In this document: piece after piece, positions 40,329 to 50,527 of the stretch
Layout of the letters: every line of letters begins with the position of its first letter
How positions within the stretch are numbered: the stretch's first letter is position 1
Assembly (NCBI GenBank): GCA_045643205.1
Contig: JAZUKI010000010.1
Location: 64,001-128,000 of the forward strand
Direction: 5' to 3'
DNA: 64,000 nucleotides
From: Clostridia bacterium
Lineage (GTDB): Bacteria > Bacillota > Clostridia > TANB77 > CAG-508
Notes under the pieces: generated by a model
Told to the model about the DNA's origin: nothing
What the model saw: the letters and a program-made list of their open reading frames with translations, nothing else
Databases searched by the model: none
Made by a program: the position numbers and the translations under genes

Positions 40329-40373
40329 TGTTATTTTATAACATAAACCTCTCCTTAAAATTTGCATAAAAAA

Positions 40374-40552
40374 ACCCGCCGTAGCCGTACTATCAAGTTT
40401 TATAGAGCCTGTTCTCACAGGTGGGTTTCGTGTTGAATTATTCATGGGCTTCTAACATAAATGCTAGCATGCACGCCATAACCAAAGACAGAATCCCTTT
40501 AATCTACTTGTAGGTTCTAAAAATTGACATTCACGCACAGGGCAGGAAGGGT
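40374..40552 (-). ncRNA. ssrS: 6S RNA
   Basis: Minus strand CCTGCCCTGTGCGTG...GAACC...GGG...GGCGTGCATG...GAAGC...AAACCCACCTGTGAGAACAGG...ACGGCGGG plus T-tract; GC-rich closing stem typical of clostridial 6S RNA. Confidence 0.85.
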
Positions 40553-40742
40553 ATATTTGCAAAGCAAATATCTATTAATTTAATACTAATTATATATCAT
40601 TAAATTAATAAATTTGCAACATTGAATTAGTAGTTATTATATGATAAAATCATTAGAGATATGTGCTTTTATGAGCTTTTTAATCAGTTTTTTACAAAAG
40701 AAATTCACATATATTATTTGAAATAATATTTAGGAGAGAAGA

Positions 40743-41618
40743 ATGACTAAACAGAAAACTGTTTATGTAAATAGTAGAAATAATTTTGTTTCTAAGTGGA
40801 AATATTTATTAACTATTCTTTTATTAGTTATTTTAATTTTAATGATATTTTTTAGAGTTAGAGTTAAAGTTACAAATGATGAGTTTGCAAAACAATTAGA
40901 ACAATTTGCTAGTTTCAATAAATCCACTGTTTTTAGCATTGACGGAATTTATATGTTTAGTAGTGCTGGAGCAACTACTAATATTGATCCAAAACCTGAA
41001 TGGAATCTTAACATATTTCAATTCACAGATATTGCTTTATATATAAATAATAGATCTTCAGAAAATTTAAATAAAGAAAATGCAATTAAATCTTTAAAGA
41101 TATCTAATATAAATTTCAATGGAATGAAAGTTGGAAACCAAAGCCTATATTATAAAAATGTTAATAACTTTGGAAAGAGTAAATTATCAAGTGTTAAAGC
41201 TAATGAAAATTATGAAGATATAGAAAAAGATAAAATAGATAATGAATTAACATACAAAATATTAGGAAATGAAGAAATAGACTATGATCAACCAACAATG
41301 TTTGAAGATGCTTCAATTCCAATTTGCTTAGAATATGTTAATAACAATGTAAAAGACAACGAAATATTTTCAAATATAAATGATAAAATTAATTACAATG
41401 GTAGTTTACTTAGAAATGCAAACGTAAACTTAAATGATTTAGCAGGTTTTATAACATTCACAATAGAAATTGAAAATTATTTAAATCAAATTTATAGAAC
41501 AACAATAAATTTAGATATTCCATTACAAGATAGCATTACAGGAGAAACAATATATAATGGAAAATATATTAGTAGTTTATCTGGAGAAGGATTAATTAAA
41601 TTTTATAGAGTTAAATAA
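40743..41618 (+). CDS. Hypothetical membrane-anchored protein
   Basis: AGGAG RBS, single N-terminal TM followed by an N-rich extracytoplasmic region. Confidence 0.8.
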   Translation: MTKQKTVYVNSRNNFVSKWKYLLTILLLVILILMIFFRVRVKVTNDEFAKQLEQFASFNKSTVFSIDGIYMFSSAGATTNIDPKPEWNLNIFQFTDIALYINNRSSENLNKENAIKSLKISNINFNGMKVGNQSLYYKNVNNFGKSKLSSVKANENYEDIEKDKIDNELTYKILGNEEIDYDQPTMFEDASIPICLEYVNNNVKDNEIFSNINDKINYNGSLLRNANVNLNDLAGFITFTIEIENYLNQIYRTTINLDIPLQDSITGETIYNGKYISSLSGEGLIKFYRVK

Positions 41619-41630
41619 GGAGGCTTCATT

Positions 41631-42506
41631 TTGACAATTAAAGAGTTAGTAAATTCATATTCAAAAGATATTTCAACAAATGAAGTCTTTTTAATTTTAG
41701 AAAAGGTATTAGGAAAAACAAAAGAACAACTTATAATTAGTTTAAATGATGAACTAAATGAAGATGCTTCAGATATAATATTAAATTGCTTTGATGCTAT
41801 TAAAGATGGATATCCAGTACAATACATAACTGGAAAACAAGAATTTATGGGATTAGAGTTTAAAGTAAATGAAAATGTATTAATTCCACAACCAGATACT
41901 GAAGTAGTAGTTGAAAAAACAATAGAAGCAATTAATATTTATGATTTTGAGAATGATAACAATCAAGAATTACATGTATTTAATAGTTTAGTAGATAGTG
42001 ATAAGAAAAATATTAAAGTATTAGATTTATGTACAGGAAGTGGAGCTATAGCTATTTCAATAGCTAAAAAGTTTGAAAATAATATTAACTTTTATATAGA
42101 TATGACTGCAAGTGATGTTTCATTAGAAGCATTAGAAGTTGCTAGAGAAAATGCAATAAATAATAATGTAAACATAAAATTAATAGAATCAAATATGTTT
42201 GAAAACATAGATGAAACATATGATATTATTGTTTCTAATCCACCATACATAAGAACAGATGTTATAGAAACTCTTGATAAAAATGTTCAGTGTGAACCAC
42301 ATCTTGCTTTAGATGGTGGTAAAGATGGATTAGAGTTTTATCGAATTATAAAAGAAAATTTAGATAAGTTAAAAACAAATGGATATTTAATATTAGAAAT
42401 TGGTTATGACCAAGCTGAAGATATTAAGAAAATATTTAAGAATGCTAAAATTTATAAAGACTATGGAGGCAATGACAGAGTAGTAGTTGTTAAAAAGGAG
42501 GAGTAA
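41631..42506 (+). CDS. prmC: Release factor glutamine methyltransferase
   Basis: PVQYITG, VLIPQPDTE, LDLCTGSGAI, VSNPPYI, ALDGGKDGL, LEIGYDQ. Confidence 0.95.
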   Translation: MTIKELVNSYSKDISTNEVFLILEKVLGKTKEQLIISLNDELNEDASDIILNCFDAIKDGYPVQYITGKQEFMGLEFKVNENVLIPQPDTEVVVEKTIEAINIYDFENDNNQELHVFNSLVDSDKKNIKVLDLCTGSGAIAISIAKKFENNINFYIDMTASDVSLEALEVARENAINNNVNIKLIESNMFENIDETYDIIVSNPPYIRTDVIETLDKNVQCEPHLALDGGKDGLEFYRIIKENLDKLKTNGYLILEIGYDQAEDIKKIFKNAKIYKDYGGNDRVVVVKKEE

Positions 42507-43330
42507 TGAATTCTTTTGCATCACAAGTTAAACAAGAACTTAGTGAAATTAATAATTTAAAAGATAAAAGTTTAGTAAGATCAGAATTACTTGGATATTT
42601 AATTACTTCTGAAAAAAACGAGTTTACAACAGCAAATCAATATAATATTAATCGTTATGGAAAACTTTTGAATAATGTAGGTGAAAATGATTATTCAATT
42701 GTAGTAAAAGGAAATAAGTTTACTATCAAACCAAAAAGAAAAATTGAAGTAAGTGAAGAAATAAAAACAGAAGAACAATTTCAAGCTTTAATGAGAGGTT
42801 CATTTTTAGCTAAAGGATCAATTACAAATCCTAAAAATTCTTATCACTTAGAAATAATTTTTTCTAATTTAAACAATGCTGAATTAGTACTTAATTTATT
42901 AAAAAATTATTCGTTTGAATTTAGTGTAGTCGAGAGAAATAGTAAATCAGTAATTTATCTTTCGAGTGGAGATGAAATATCAAAATTCTTAGCATTTATT
43001 GGTGCAAATAAATCAATGTTAAACTTTGAAGAAACAAGAGTTTTAAAAGAAGTTGGAAACAATGTTAATAGAATTGTAAATTTTGAAACAGCAAATCTAA
43101 ATAAAACCATTTCATCAGCAGTTAGACAAATTGAGGATATTAAATTAATAAAGGCAAGAAAAAAATTTGGAATGCTTTCAGAAGGAGAACAACAATTAGC
43201 AGAACTAAGATTAGCAAATCCTGAAGTTAATCTTACAACTCTTGGAGAGATGGCAACACCACAATTAACTAAGTCTGGTGTAGCACATAGAATGGCCAAT
43301 ATAACAAGATTAGCTAAAGAATTAAGATAA
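42506..43330 (+). CDS. whiA: DNA-binding protein WhiA
   Basis: SFASQVKQEL, RGSFLAKGSITNP..YHLE, NRIVNFETANL.KT, KSGVAHR. Confidence 0.9.
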   Translation: MNSFASQVKQELSEINNLKDKSLVRSELLGYLITSEKNEFTTANQYNINRYGKLLNNVGENDYSIVVKGNKFTIKPKRKIEVSEEIKTEEQFQALMRGSFLAKGSITNPKNSYHLEIIFSNLNNAELVLNLLKNYSFEFSVVERNSKSVIYLSSGDEISKFLAFIGANKSMLNFEETRVLKEVGNNVNRIVNFETANLNKTISSAVRQIEDIKLIKARKKFGMLSEGEQQLAELRLANPEVNLTTLGEMATPQLTKSGVAHRMANITRLAKELR

Positions 43331-43382
43331 AAAATAAATAAAACTTGCAAATAATAATTTTTTAAGAAAAAGAGAAAATAAA

Positions 43383-44516
43383 ATGGAAAAAAATGGAATA
43401 TACGTTCATATTCCTTTTTGTAAAAGTAAATGTTATTATTGCGATTTTACTTCATTTGCAGATAAAAACAAATTAGAAGGCAAATATATAAAATGTTTGA
43501 AAAAAGAAATTATTAACAGAAAAGATAATAACATGAATATAGATACAATATATATTGGAGGCGGAACTCCATCATACATTAATGAAAAATATATTGTTGA
43601 AATACTAAATACAATTAGGGAAAATTTTAATGTTATAGAAAATGCTGAAATAACTATTGAAGCAAACCCAGGCACTATAACTGAAGAAAATTTAAAAACT
43701 TATTTAAAATGTGGAATTAATAGAATTAGTATTGGATTACAGTCTTCTAGAAATGAAGTTTTAAAATCAATTGGAAGAATACATACATTTGAGCAATGGG
43801 GTAATGCTATATTGATGGCAAAGAAAGTTGGCTTTAAAAATATCAATACAGATATTATTGTCGGATTACCTGGCCAATCAATATATGATATTGAAGATGC
43901 TATTGATCAAATAATTGAATATGATTTACAACATGTATCTGTTTATTCATTAATAGTAGAAGAAGGAACACCATTAGAAAAAATGATTAAAGAGGGTGAA
44001 CTAAAAACTACAGATGAAGAACTTGAAAGATATATGTATTGGTTTGCAAAAAGAAAACTAGAGGATAACGGATATAGACATTATGAAATATCAAATTTTG
44101 CAAGAGAAGGATTTGAATCAAAACATAATTTGAATTGTTGGAATCAACATAGTTATTTAGGATTTGGAATTGCAGCATCTTCATATGAATATAAAATTAG
44201 AAAAACAAATATTTGCAATTTAGAAATGTACATAAAAAATATTGAAGAAGAGAACTTTGAAAGCCTATATACAATCGAGGAAGAGCAAGATAAAGAAAGT
44301 GAAATGAAAGAATTTATGATGTTAGGCTTAAGAAAAATAGACGGTGTTGATGTTGGCGACTTTAGAATGAAATTTGCAAGCGATGTATTTGTTGTTTTTA
44401 AAAAAGAGATTGAAAAACTTTTGACAGATGGTTTAATAGAATTAGAAAAGAGTAATATAAGACTTACAAAAAAAGGTTTAGATTTAGCAAATATAGTTTG
44501 GGAAGAATTTGTATAG
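43383..44516 (+). CDS. hemW: Radical SAM heme chaperone HemW
   Basis: YVHIPFCKSKCYYCDF, GGGTPS, EANP, HYEISNFA, HNLNCW. Confidence 0.92.
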   Translation: MEKNGIYVHIPFCKSKCYYCDFTSFADKNKLEGKYIKCLKKEIINRKDNNMNIDTIYIGGGTPSYINEKYIVEILNTIRENFNVIENAEITIEANPGTITEENLKTYLKCGINRISIGLQSSRNEVLKSIGRIHTFEQWGNAILMAKKVGFKNINTDIIVGLPGQSIYDIEDAIDQIIEYDLQHVSVYSLIVEEGTPLEKMIKEGELKTTDEELERYMYWFAKRKLEDNGYRHYEISNFAREGFESKHNLNCWNQHSYLGFGIAASSYEYKIRKTNICNLEMYIKNIEEENFESLYTIEEEQDKESEMKEFMMLGLRKIDGVDVGDFRMKFASDVFVVFKKEIEKLLTDGLIELEKSNIRLTKKGLDLANIVWEEFV

Positions 44517-44603
44517 TGTTTTTTTAATCTAAATAATAGTGTTTTTTGATCTGAATAAGTGATTTTTTTGTATATGAATAAACATTTTTACAAGATTTTT
44601 TCG

Positions 44604-44632
44604 TTGACACAGTATTTTTTAAAGTGTAAAAT
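44604..44632 (+). promoter_or_regulatory. sigma-A promoter
   Basis: TTGACA-17 bp-TAAAAT. Confidence 0.75.
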
Positions 44633-44679
44633 AAAAAATGTTATAAGTTTAACAAAAGTAATAGAGAGGAACAAAAGCA

Positions 44680-45015
44680 ATGGCTAAAGGAAATAAAAGA
44701 AAAAAGATTAAAGCTGAAGAATTAGAAAAAGAAACAATCGAAAATGAAATAATCGATGAAGAATTAGATGAAGTAAATGAATTTGATGAAGAAATAGAAA
44801 ATGAAACAGATGAAGATTCTATAGATAATCTAATTGATGAAAAAATTGGAAAAGATAAAAAGAAAAAGAAGAAGGCAAAGCAACCAATGAAATATAGAGC
44901 TAAAAAAGGCATAGTAAGAATAATCGCCCTAATTGCATTAATAACAATGGTTGCAGCAACATTTGGTACATTAATTTTTTATTTTATTTATTACGTATTA
45001 GGCGGTAATATGTAA
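44680..45015 (+). CDS. Small acidic membrane protein, hypothetical
   Basis: GAGGA RBS; D/E-rich N-terminus, K-rich patch, C-terminal TM. Confidence 0.75.
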   Translation: MAKGNKRKKIKAEELEKETIENEIIDEELDEVNEFDEEIENETDEDSIDNLIDEKIGKDKKKKKKAKQPMKYRAKKGIVRIIALIALITMVAATFGTLIFYFIYYVLGGNM

Positions 45016-45127
45016 AACTATGTATATAGTTGAATATGAAAAAAAGCATAGTTAAACGTATGAAAATATATAGTTAAAAATGTATGAATAGATAATAGCA
45101 AAATATAGAGAAAAGGAAGAATAAAAA

Positions 45128-46090
45128 ATGTTTGATAATTTATCAACATTGGATTTATTAAGTTATTTCAATGAAATACAAGGAAATCCATGGTTAATAG
45201 CAGCATTTGTATGCGACATTTTAATTTTATTATTTTTTATTTATGAATTTATTAAATTTGCAAACAAATCTAAAGCATGGCAATTAATTAAAGGTATTGC
45301 AATATTAGTTGTTATGACTTTCTTATCTAATTTGTTAAATTTAAAAATACTTAATTTCATTTTAACCTCATTTATTTCTTATGGAGTTATAGCAATTATT
45401 ATTATATTCCAACCAGAATTGAGAAGGGGATTAGAAAAATTAGGTTCATCAGGATTCTTTAAATCACTTGCTTTAAGCAATGATTTAAGAACAAAAGCAA
45501 AAGAAGATATTTATAAAGTTGCTATAGCAGCTGAAGAAATGGCTTCAACAAAAACAGGAGCATTAATTGTTTTTGAAAATGAAATTAGATTACAAGAAGT
45601 AATTGAAAATGGAGTTTTAATTGATTCTGAAGTATCACCTCAATTACTTTGCAATATATTTGTTCCAAATACACCACTTCACGATGGTGCTGTAATTATT
45701 AGAGATAATGCAATAGCTGCTGCAGCATGTATTTTACCTGTTGCAGATGATAAATCAATAAATAAAAAGTACGGAACAAGACATAGAGCAGCTATCGAAA
45801 TAACAAAAGAAACAGATGCTATTGCAGTAGTTGTTTCTGAAGAGACAGGAAAGATTTCAATAGCTAAAGATGGAACATTAATTGAAGGTGTTACAGATGA
45901 TGCTTTAAAAAGAATTTTAATAAAACATTTAGTTGTTTCAAAATTCGGATCAGATAATTCAGAAAAAATTAAAAAGATAAAAGAAGATATAACTGATAGA
46001 AAAAGCAAAAAGAAGAAAAAAGAAGATGCTACAGCTAGATATGAAAAACTAAAGAATGAAATTAGTGATGATAATGATTCAGAAGAATAA
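45128..46090 (+). CDS. cdaA: Diadenylate cyclase CdaA
   Basis: 3 N-terminal TMs, FQPELRRGLE, TPLHDGA, GTRHRAA, VSEETG. Confidence 0.95.
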   Translation: MFDNLSTLDLLSYFNEIQGNPWLIAAFVCDILILLFFIYEFIKFANKSKAWQLIKGIAILVVMTFLSNLLNLKILNFILTSFISYGVIAIIIIFQPELRRGLEKLGSSGFFKSLALSNDLRTKAKEDIYKVAIAAEEMASTKTGALIVFENEIRLQEVIENGVLIDSEVSPQLLCNIFVPNTPLHDGAVIIRDNAIAAAACILPVADDKSINKKYGTRHRAAIEITKETDAIAVVVSEETGKISIAKDGTLIEGVTDDALKRILIKHLVVSKFGSDNSEKIKKIKEDITDRKSKKKKKEDATARYEKLKNEISDDNDSEE

Positions 46091-46156
46091 ATAATGGAGA
46101 GCTATATAAGTAGCTCTTCATTTATTCGTATAAAGTGTTTTATAAAGAGGAATTAT

Positions 46157-46897
46157 ATGAGAAATATTAAATTAATCATAGAATATGATGGAAAAGATTT
46201 TAATGGTTGGCAGAAACAACCTAACAAATTGAATATTCAAGGTGAAATTGAAAGAGCTATTGAAGTTATTACTGGAGGAGAAAAAGTTGAATTAATAGCA
46301 TCTGGAAGAACTGACGCTGGCGTAAATGCATTAGGGCAAGTTGCTAATTTTAGAACTGAATCAACTATGCCTATTGAGAAAATGGCGTATGCAATTAATT
46401 CACAATTAAAGAAATCTATTAGAATTCAAAGTGCCGAAGAAGTTGATGAAAAATTTCATTCTAGATATACTTGCAAGAAAAAAACTTATAGATATACAAT
46501 TAACAACTCTGAGCAAGGTAGTGCAATTTATAGATATATGCAATATCATTATCCAGTAAAACTAGATGCTGAAAGAATGGATGAGGCTGTTAAATATCTT
46601 ATTGGAGAACATGATTTTAAATCTTTTAAAGCTAGTGGAACTTCAAGTAAAAGTTCTGTTAGAGAGATATATGATGCTAAAGTATGGCGTGAAGGTGATT
46701 TAATACAGATTGAACTTACAGGTAATGGATTTTTATATAATATGATTAGAATAATTGCTGGAACTCTTATAGAAGTAGGAGAAGGCGAAATTGAGCCAAT
46801 TGAGGTTAAAAATATATTAGAGGCAAAAGACAGAAATAAAGCAGGGAAAACTGTTTCACCTAATGGATTATGTTTGATGGGAGTTGAATATGAATAA
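46157..46897 (+). CDS. truA: tRNA pseudouridine(38-40) synthase
   Basis: YDGKDFNGWQKQ, SGRTDAGV, GEHDF.SF, GFLYNMIR; ATG at 46157 after AGAGG. Confidence 0.96.
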   Translation: MRNIKLIIEYDGKDFNGWQKQPNKLNIQGEIERAIEVITGGEKVELIASGRTDAGVNALGQVANFRTESTMPIEKMAYAINSQLKKSIRIQSAEEVDEKFHSRYTCKKKTYRYTINNSEQGSAIYRYMQYHYPVKLDAERMDEAVKYLIGEHDFKSFKASGTSSKSSVREIYDAKVWREGDLIQIELTGNGFLYNMIRIIAGTLIEVGEGEIEPIEVKNILEAKDRNKAGKTVSPNGLCLMGVEYE

Positions 46898-46902
46898 AAC
46901 CC

Positions 46903-46931
46903 TTGAAATATCTCAAAAAGAGTGATATAAT
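46903..46931 (+). promoter_or_regulatory. sigma-A promoter of tig
   Basis: TTGAAA-17 bp-TATAAT with extended TG. Confidence 0.75.
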
Positions 46932-46970
46932 ACTAAGGCGTTTTATTAAAAAAGGAAGGAAGTTTTAAAA

Positions 46971-48308
46971 ATGAGTTTAAAACAAGAAAAAACAAGTAAT
47001 AAGAATGAATTAAAATTAACTTTTACAGTAGAAGCAGCTGAATTTGATGATACAATTGTAAAAGTTTATAAAAAGAGTGCTCATTATTTCAATATACCTG
47101 GATTTAGAAAGGGAAAAGCACCTTTAGCAATAGTTGAAAAACAATATGGTTCAGCTATTTTCTATGAAGATGCATTCAATGAAATATTCCCAGCTGTATA
47201 TGAAAAAGAATTAAAAGAAGCTAAAATCGACGTAGCAAGCCGTCCAAGAGACATTGATCCTGTTCAAATGGAAAAAGGAAAAGACTTAATTTTCACATGT
47301 TTAGTTGATACAGAACCAGAAGTAAAATTAGGAAAATATAAAGGTATTGAAATCGAGAACAAAGAATACACAGTATCTGATGAAGATGTTCAACATGAAT
47401 TAGAACATTTAGCTGAACATAATTCAAGATTAGTAAGTGTTGATGATAGAGCAGCTAAAGAAAATGACACAGTAACAATTGACTTTGATGGTCAATGCGA
47501 TGGTGAACATTTCCAAGGTGGAAAAGCTGAAGATTATGATTTAGTTTTAGGAAGCCATAGCTTTATTAGTGGATTTGAAGATCAAGTAATCGGAATGAAA
47601 ATTGGCGAAGAGAAAGACGTTAATGTTACATTCCCAGAAGATTACTTTGAAAAGAAATTAGCTGGAAAACCAGCAACATTTGCTGTTAAAGTAAAAGAAA
47701 TCAAAGTTAAAGAATTACCTACAATTGATGATGAATTTGCTAAAGATGTTAGCGAATTTGATACATTAGCTGATTTAAAGAACGATATTAAAGTTAAAAA
47801 GACTGAAGAAAATAATAGAAAAGCTCAAATGGAAATGGAAGATGAAGTTCTTGATAAATTAGTTGAAGCAAGTGAAATAGATGTTCCTAAGGGAATGGTT
47901 GATCTTGAAATTGATCAAATGATTGAAAACATTTCTCAAAGACTTCAATATCAAGGATTACAATTTGCTCAATATTTAAAAATGATGGGCAAGACAGAAG
48001 AGCAAGCTAGAGAAGAATTCAGACCAGAAGCTGAAAAGAATGTTAAAACTAGATTAGTTATTGAAGCAGTTGTTGAAGCTGAAAAAATCGAAGCTGATGC
48101 TGAACATGTTAAAGAACATTTAGAAGAATTAGCAAAACAATATAACCAAAAAGTTGAAGATATTGAAAAGAATGAAGATGTTAAAGAATACTTCGAAAAA
48201 GCTGTTCAAAATGAAGATGCAGTTAAATTCTTAGTAGATAATGCTAAAAAAGTAGCAGCAAAAAAAGATGATTCAGATAAAAAAGAAAAGAAAACAACAA
48301 AGAAATAA
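46971..48308 (+). CDS. tig: Trigger factor
   Basis: IPGFRKGKAP ribosome-binding motif, FKBP domain (FISGFEDQ, VTFPEDY). Confidence 0.96.
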   Translation: MSLKQEKTSNKNELKLTFTVEAAEFDDTIVKVYKKSAHYFNIPGFRKGKAPLAIVEKQYGSAIFYEDAFNEIFPAVYEKELKEAKIDVASRPRDIDPVQMEKGKDLIFTCLVDTEPEVKLGKYKGIEIENKEYTVSDEDVQHELEHLAEHNSRLVSVDDRAAKENDTVTIDFDGQCDGEHFQGGKAEDYDLVLGSHSFISGFEDQVIGMKIGEEKDVNVTFPEDYFEKKLAGKPATFAVKVKEIKVKELPTIDDEFAKDVSEFDTLADLKNDIKVKKTEENNRKAQMEMEDEVLDKLVEASEIDVPKGMVDLEIDQMIENISQRLQYQGLQFAQYLKMMGKTEEQAREEFRPEAEKNVKTRLVIEAVVEAEKIEADAEHVKEHLEELAKQYNQKVEDIEKNEDVKEYFEKAVQNEDAVKFLVDNAKKVAAKKDDSDKKEKKTTKK

Positions 48309-48321
48309 TAAGTAAATTACG

Positions 48322-48348
48322 ATAGGATGGGGATTTTCTCCATCCTAT
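48322..48348 (+). terminator. Hairpin/terminator after tig
   Basis: ATAGGATGG / CCATCCTAT stem. Confidence 0.55.
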
Positions 48349-48483
48349 TGTGCATTTTAAGTGAATTTTGTTGATTAAAGTTTAACAAAATTATATAATA
48401 GGAGCGTGAATTTATTGTATTGATATGTTTATATTATCAATAGCATATAAATCTTAATATCATACGAAAGGAAGAAGTTTAAT

Positions 48484-49092
48484 ATGAAAAATGAAAAAGA
48501 CAGTTTAGTACCTTATGTAATTGAACAAACATCTAAAGGCGAAAGATCTTATGATATTTATTCAAGATTATTAAAGGACAGAATTATATTTTTAAGTGAG
48601 GATGTTAATCCTACAACAGCTAGTTTAGTAATAGCTCAAATGCTATTCTTAGAGAGCGAAGATCCAGATAAGGAAATTAATTTCTATATTAATTCACCTG
48701 GAGGATCAGTTACAGATGGCTTAGGTATCATTGATACAATGAATTATATCAAATGCCCAGTTAAAACTATTTGTATAGGAATGGCTGCATCTATGGGTGC
48801 ATTATTATTAACATCTGGAACAAAAGGAATGAGATATGCAACACCAAATGCAGAAATCTTAATTCATCAACCATTAATCGGTGGAAATGGAATTTCTGGA
48901 CAACAAACAGAAATTCAAATTCAAGCTGATCAAATGAAGAAAACAAGAGAAACAATAAATAAGATTATTTCTGAAACAACAGGAAAATCAATTGAAGATG
49001 TTCAAAAAGATACAGAAAGAGATCATTATTTAACAGCTCAAGAAGCTTTAGAATATGGATTAATAGACGAAATCATAACAAAGAGACAATAA
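48484..49092 (+). CDS. clpP: ATP-dependent Clp protease proteolytic subunit
   Basis: [24 protein letters not shown] (Ser), IHQP (His), ERD (Asp). Confidence 0.97.
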   Translation: MKNEKDSLVPYVIEQTSKGERSYDIYSRLLKDRIIFLSEDVNPTTASLVIAQMLFLESEDPDKEINFYINSPGGSVTDGLGIIDTMNYIKCPVKTICIGMAASMGALLLTSGTKGMRYATPNAEILIHQPLIGGNGISGQQTEIQIQADQMKKTRETINKIISETTGKSIEDVQKDTERDHYLTAQEALEYGLIDEIITKRQ

Positions 49093-49108
49093 TACATAAA
49101 GGAGTAAC

Positions 49109-50362
49109 ATGGCAAACAGTAAAGACAAGAACATAAAATGCTCATTTTGTGGAAAATTACAAGATGAAGTTAAAAGAATCATTTCAGGTCCAGATGGAGC
49201 ATATATCTGCAATGAATGTATAGAAATTTGCCAACAAATTATCGAAGCAGATATGTTTGGTAAGTATGATGAAGATAAATATACAATTGCAGAAGAACAA
49301 AAGTTACCAACACCAGAAGAAATAAAAAAATCACTTGATGAGTATATTATTGGACAAGATGAAGCAAAAAAAACACTTGCAGTTGCTGTCTATAATCATT
49401 ATAAGAGAATTAATAATCAGAAAGATGATGATAACGATGTTGAAATTCAAAAGAGTAATATATTATTACTTGGCCCAACAGGTTGTGGAAAAACATACTT
49501 AGCACAAACACTTGCAAAAACATTAAGAGTTCCATTTGCTATAGCTGATGCAACAACTCTTACAGAAGCAGGATATGTTGGTGAAGATGTTGAAAACATT
49601 TTATTAAAATTAATTCAAGCAGCTGATTATAATGTTGAAAGAGCTCAAAAAGGAATTATCTATATAGATGAAATAGACAAAATTTCAAGAAAGTCTGAAA
49701 ATCCTTCAATCACAAGAGATGTTAGCGGAGAAGGAGTTCAACAAGCTTTATTAAAAATTGTTGAAGGAACAGTAGCTAATGTTCCACCACAAGGAGGAAG
49801 AAAACATCCTCAGCAAGAATTTATACAAATAGATACATCAAATATTTTATTTATTTGTGGAGGAGCTTTTGAAGGATTAGAAAAAACAATTAATGAGAGA
49901 ACAGGTAAAAAACAAATTGGATTTGGTAGTGAAATATATGATTCTTCTAAATTCGATAAATATGATGTTTTTGAACAATTATTACCTGAAGACTTAATAA
50001 AATTTGGAATTATTCCAGAACTTGTAGGAAGACTTCCAATTATAGCAACATTGAAAGAATTAGATAGAAATGCATTAATTGAAATTATGACTAAACCAAA
50101 GAATGCTTTAGTAAAACAATATAAGAAACTATTTGATATAGATAATGTTAAACTAGAGTTTGATAAAGATGCATTAGAAGCAATAGTAGATAAAGCAATT
50201 GAAAGAAAGACAGGAGCTAGAGGATTACGTGCAATTATGGAAGATACCATGAGAGATGTAATGTATGAAATTCCATCAAATCCTAAAATTGCTAAATGTA
50301 CAATAACTAAAGAGACAGTTAATGAAAAGACAAAACCAAAAATCAAGATAATAGATCGATAA
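49109..50362 (+). CDS. clpX: ATP-dependent Clp protease ATPase subunit
   Basis: CSFCGK...ICNEC zinc finger, [22 protein letters not shown] loop, GARGLR. Confidence 0.97.
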   Translation: MANSKDKNIKCSFCGKLQDEVKRIISGPDGAYICNECIEICQQIIEADMFGKYDEDKYTIAEEQKLPTPEEIKKSLDEYIIGQDEAKKTLAVAVYNHYKRINNQKDDDNDVEIQKSNILLLGPTGCGKTYLAQTLAKTLRVPFAIADATTLTEAGYVGEDVENILLKLIQAADYNVERAQKGIIYIDEIDKISRKSENPSITRDVSGEGVQQALLKIVEGTVANVPPQGGRKHPQQEFIQIDTSNILFICGGAFEGLEKTINERTGKKQIGFGSEIYDSSKFDKYDVFEQLLPEDLIKFGIIPELVGRLPIIATLKELDRNALIEIMTKPKNALVKQYKKLFDIDNVKLEFDKDALEAIVDKAIERKTGARGLRAIMEDTMRDVMYEIPSNPKIAKCTITKETVNEKTKPKIKIIDR

Positions 50363-50386
50363 GAGGGCTTATTGAATATTATAAAT

Positions 50387-50445
50387 AAAACCTAGTATTT
50401 ATTTAGTGTTACCCAAAAGGTACATTTTATAAATACTAGGTTTTT
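50387..50445. terminator. Bidirectional intrinsic terminator
   Basis: AAAACCTAGTATTTAT / ATAAATACTAGGTTTT stem between convergent clpX and GH57 gene. Confidence 0.8.
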
Positions 50446-50527
50446 CTTTTTAATATAATTAATAAAAATTAGAAATTAATAAAATATAATTGATAAAAAT
50501 TAAAAATATAATGATAAAAATTATATT

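Noticed and set aside
1823-45427. AGG reassignment (Arg to Met, described in some uncultured Bacilli)
   Set aside because: AGG occupies conserved Arg positions (XRE SRQ at 1823, CdaA ELRRGLE at 45425), consistent with Arg
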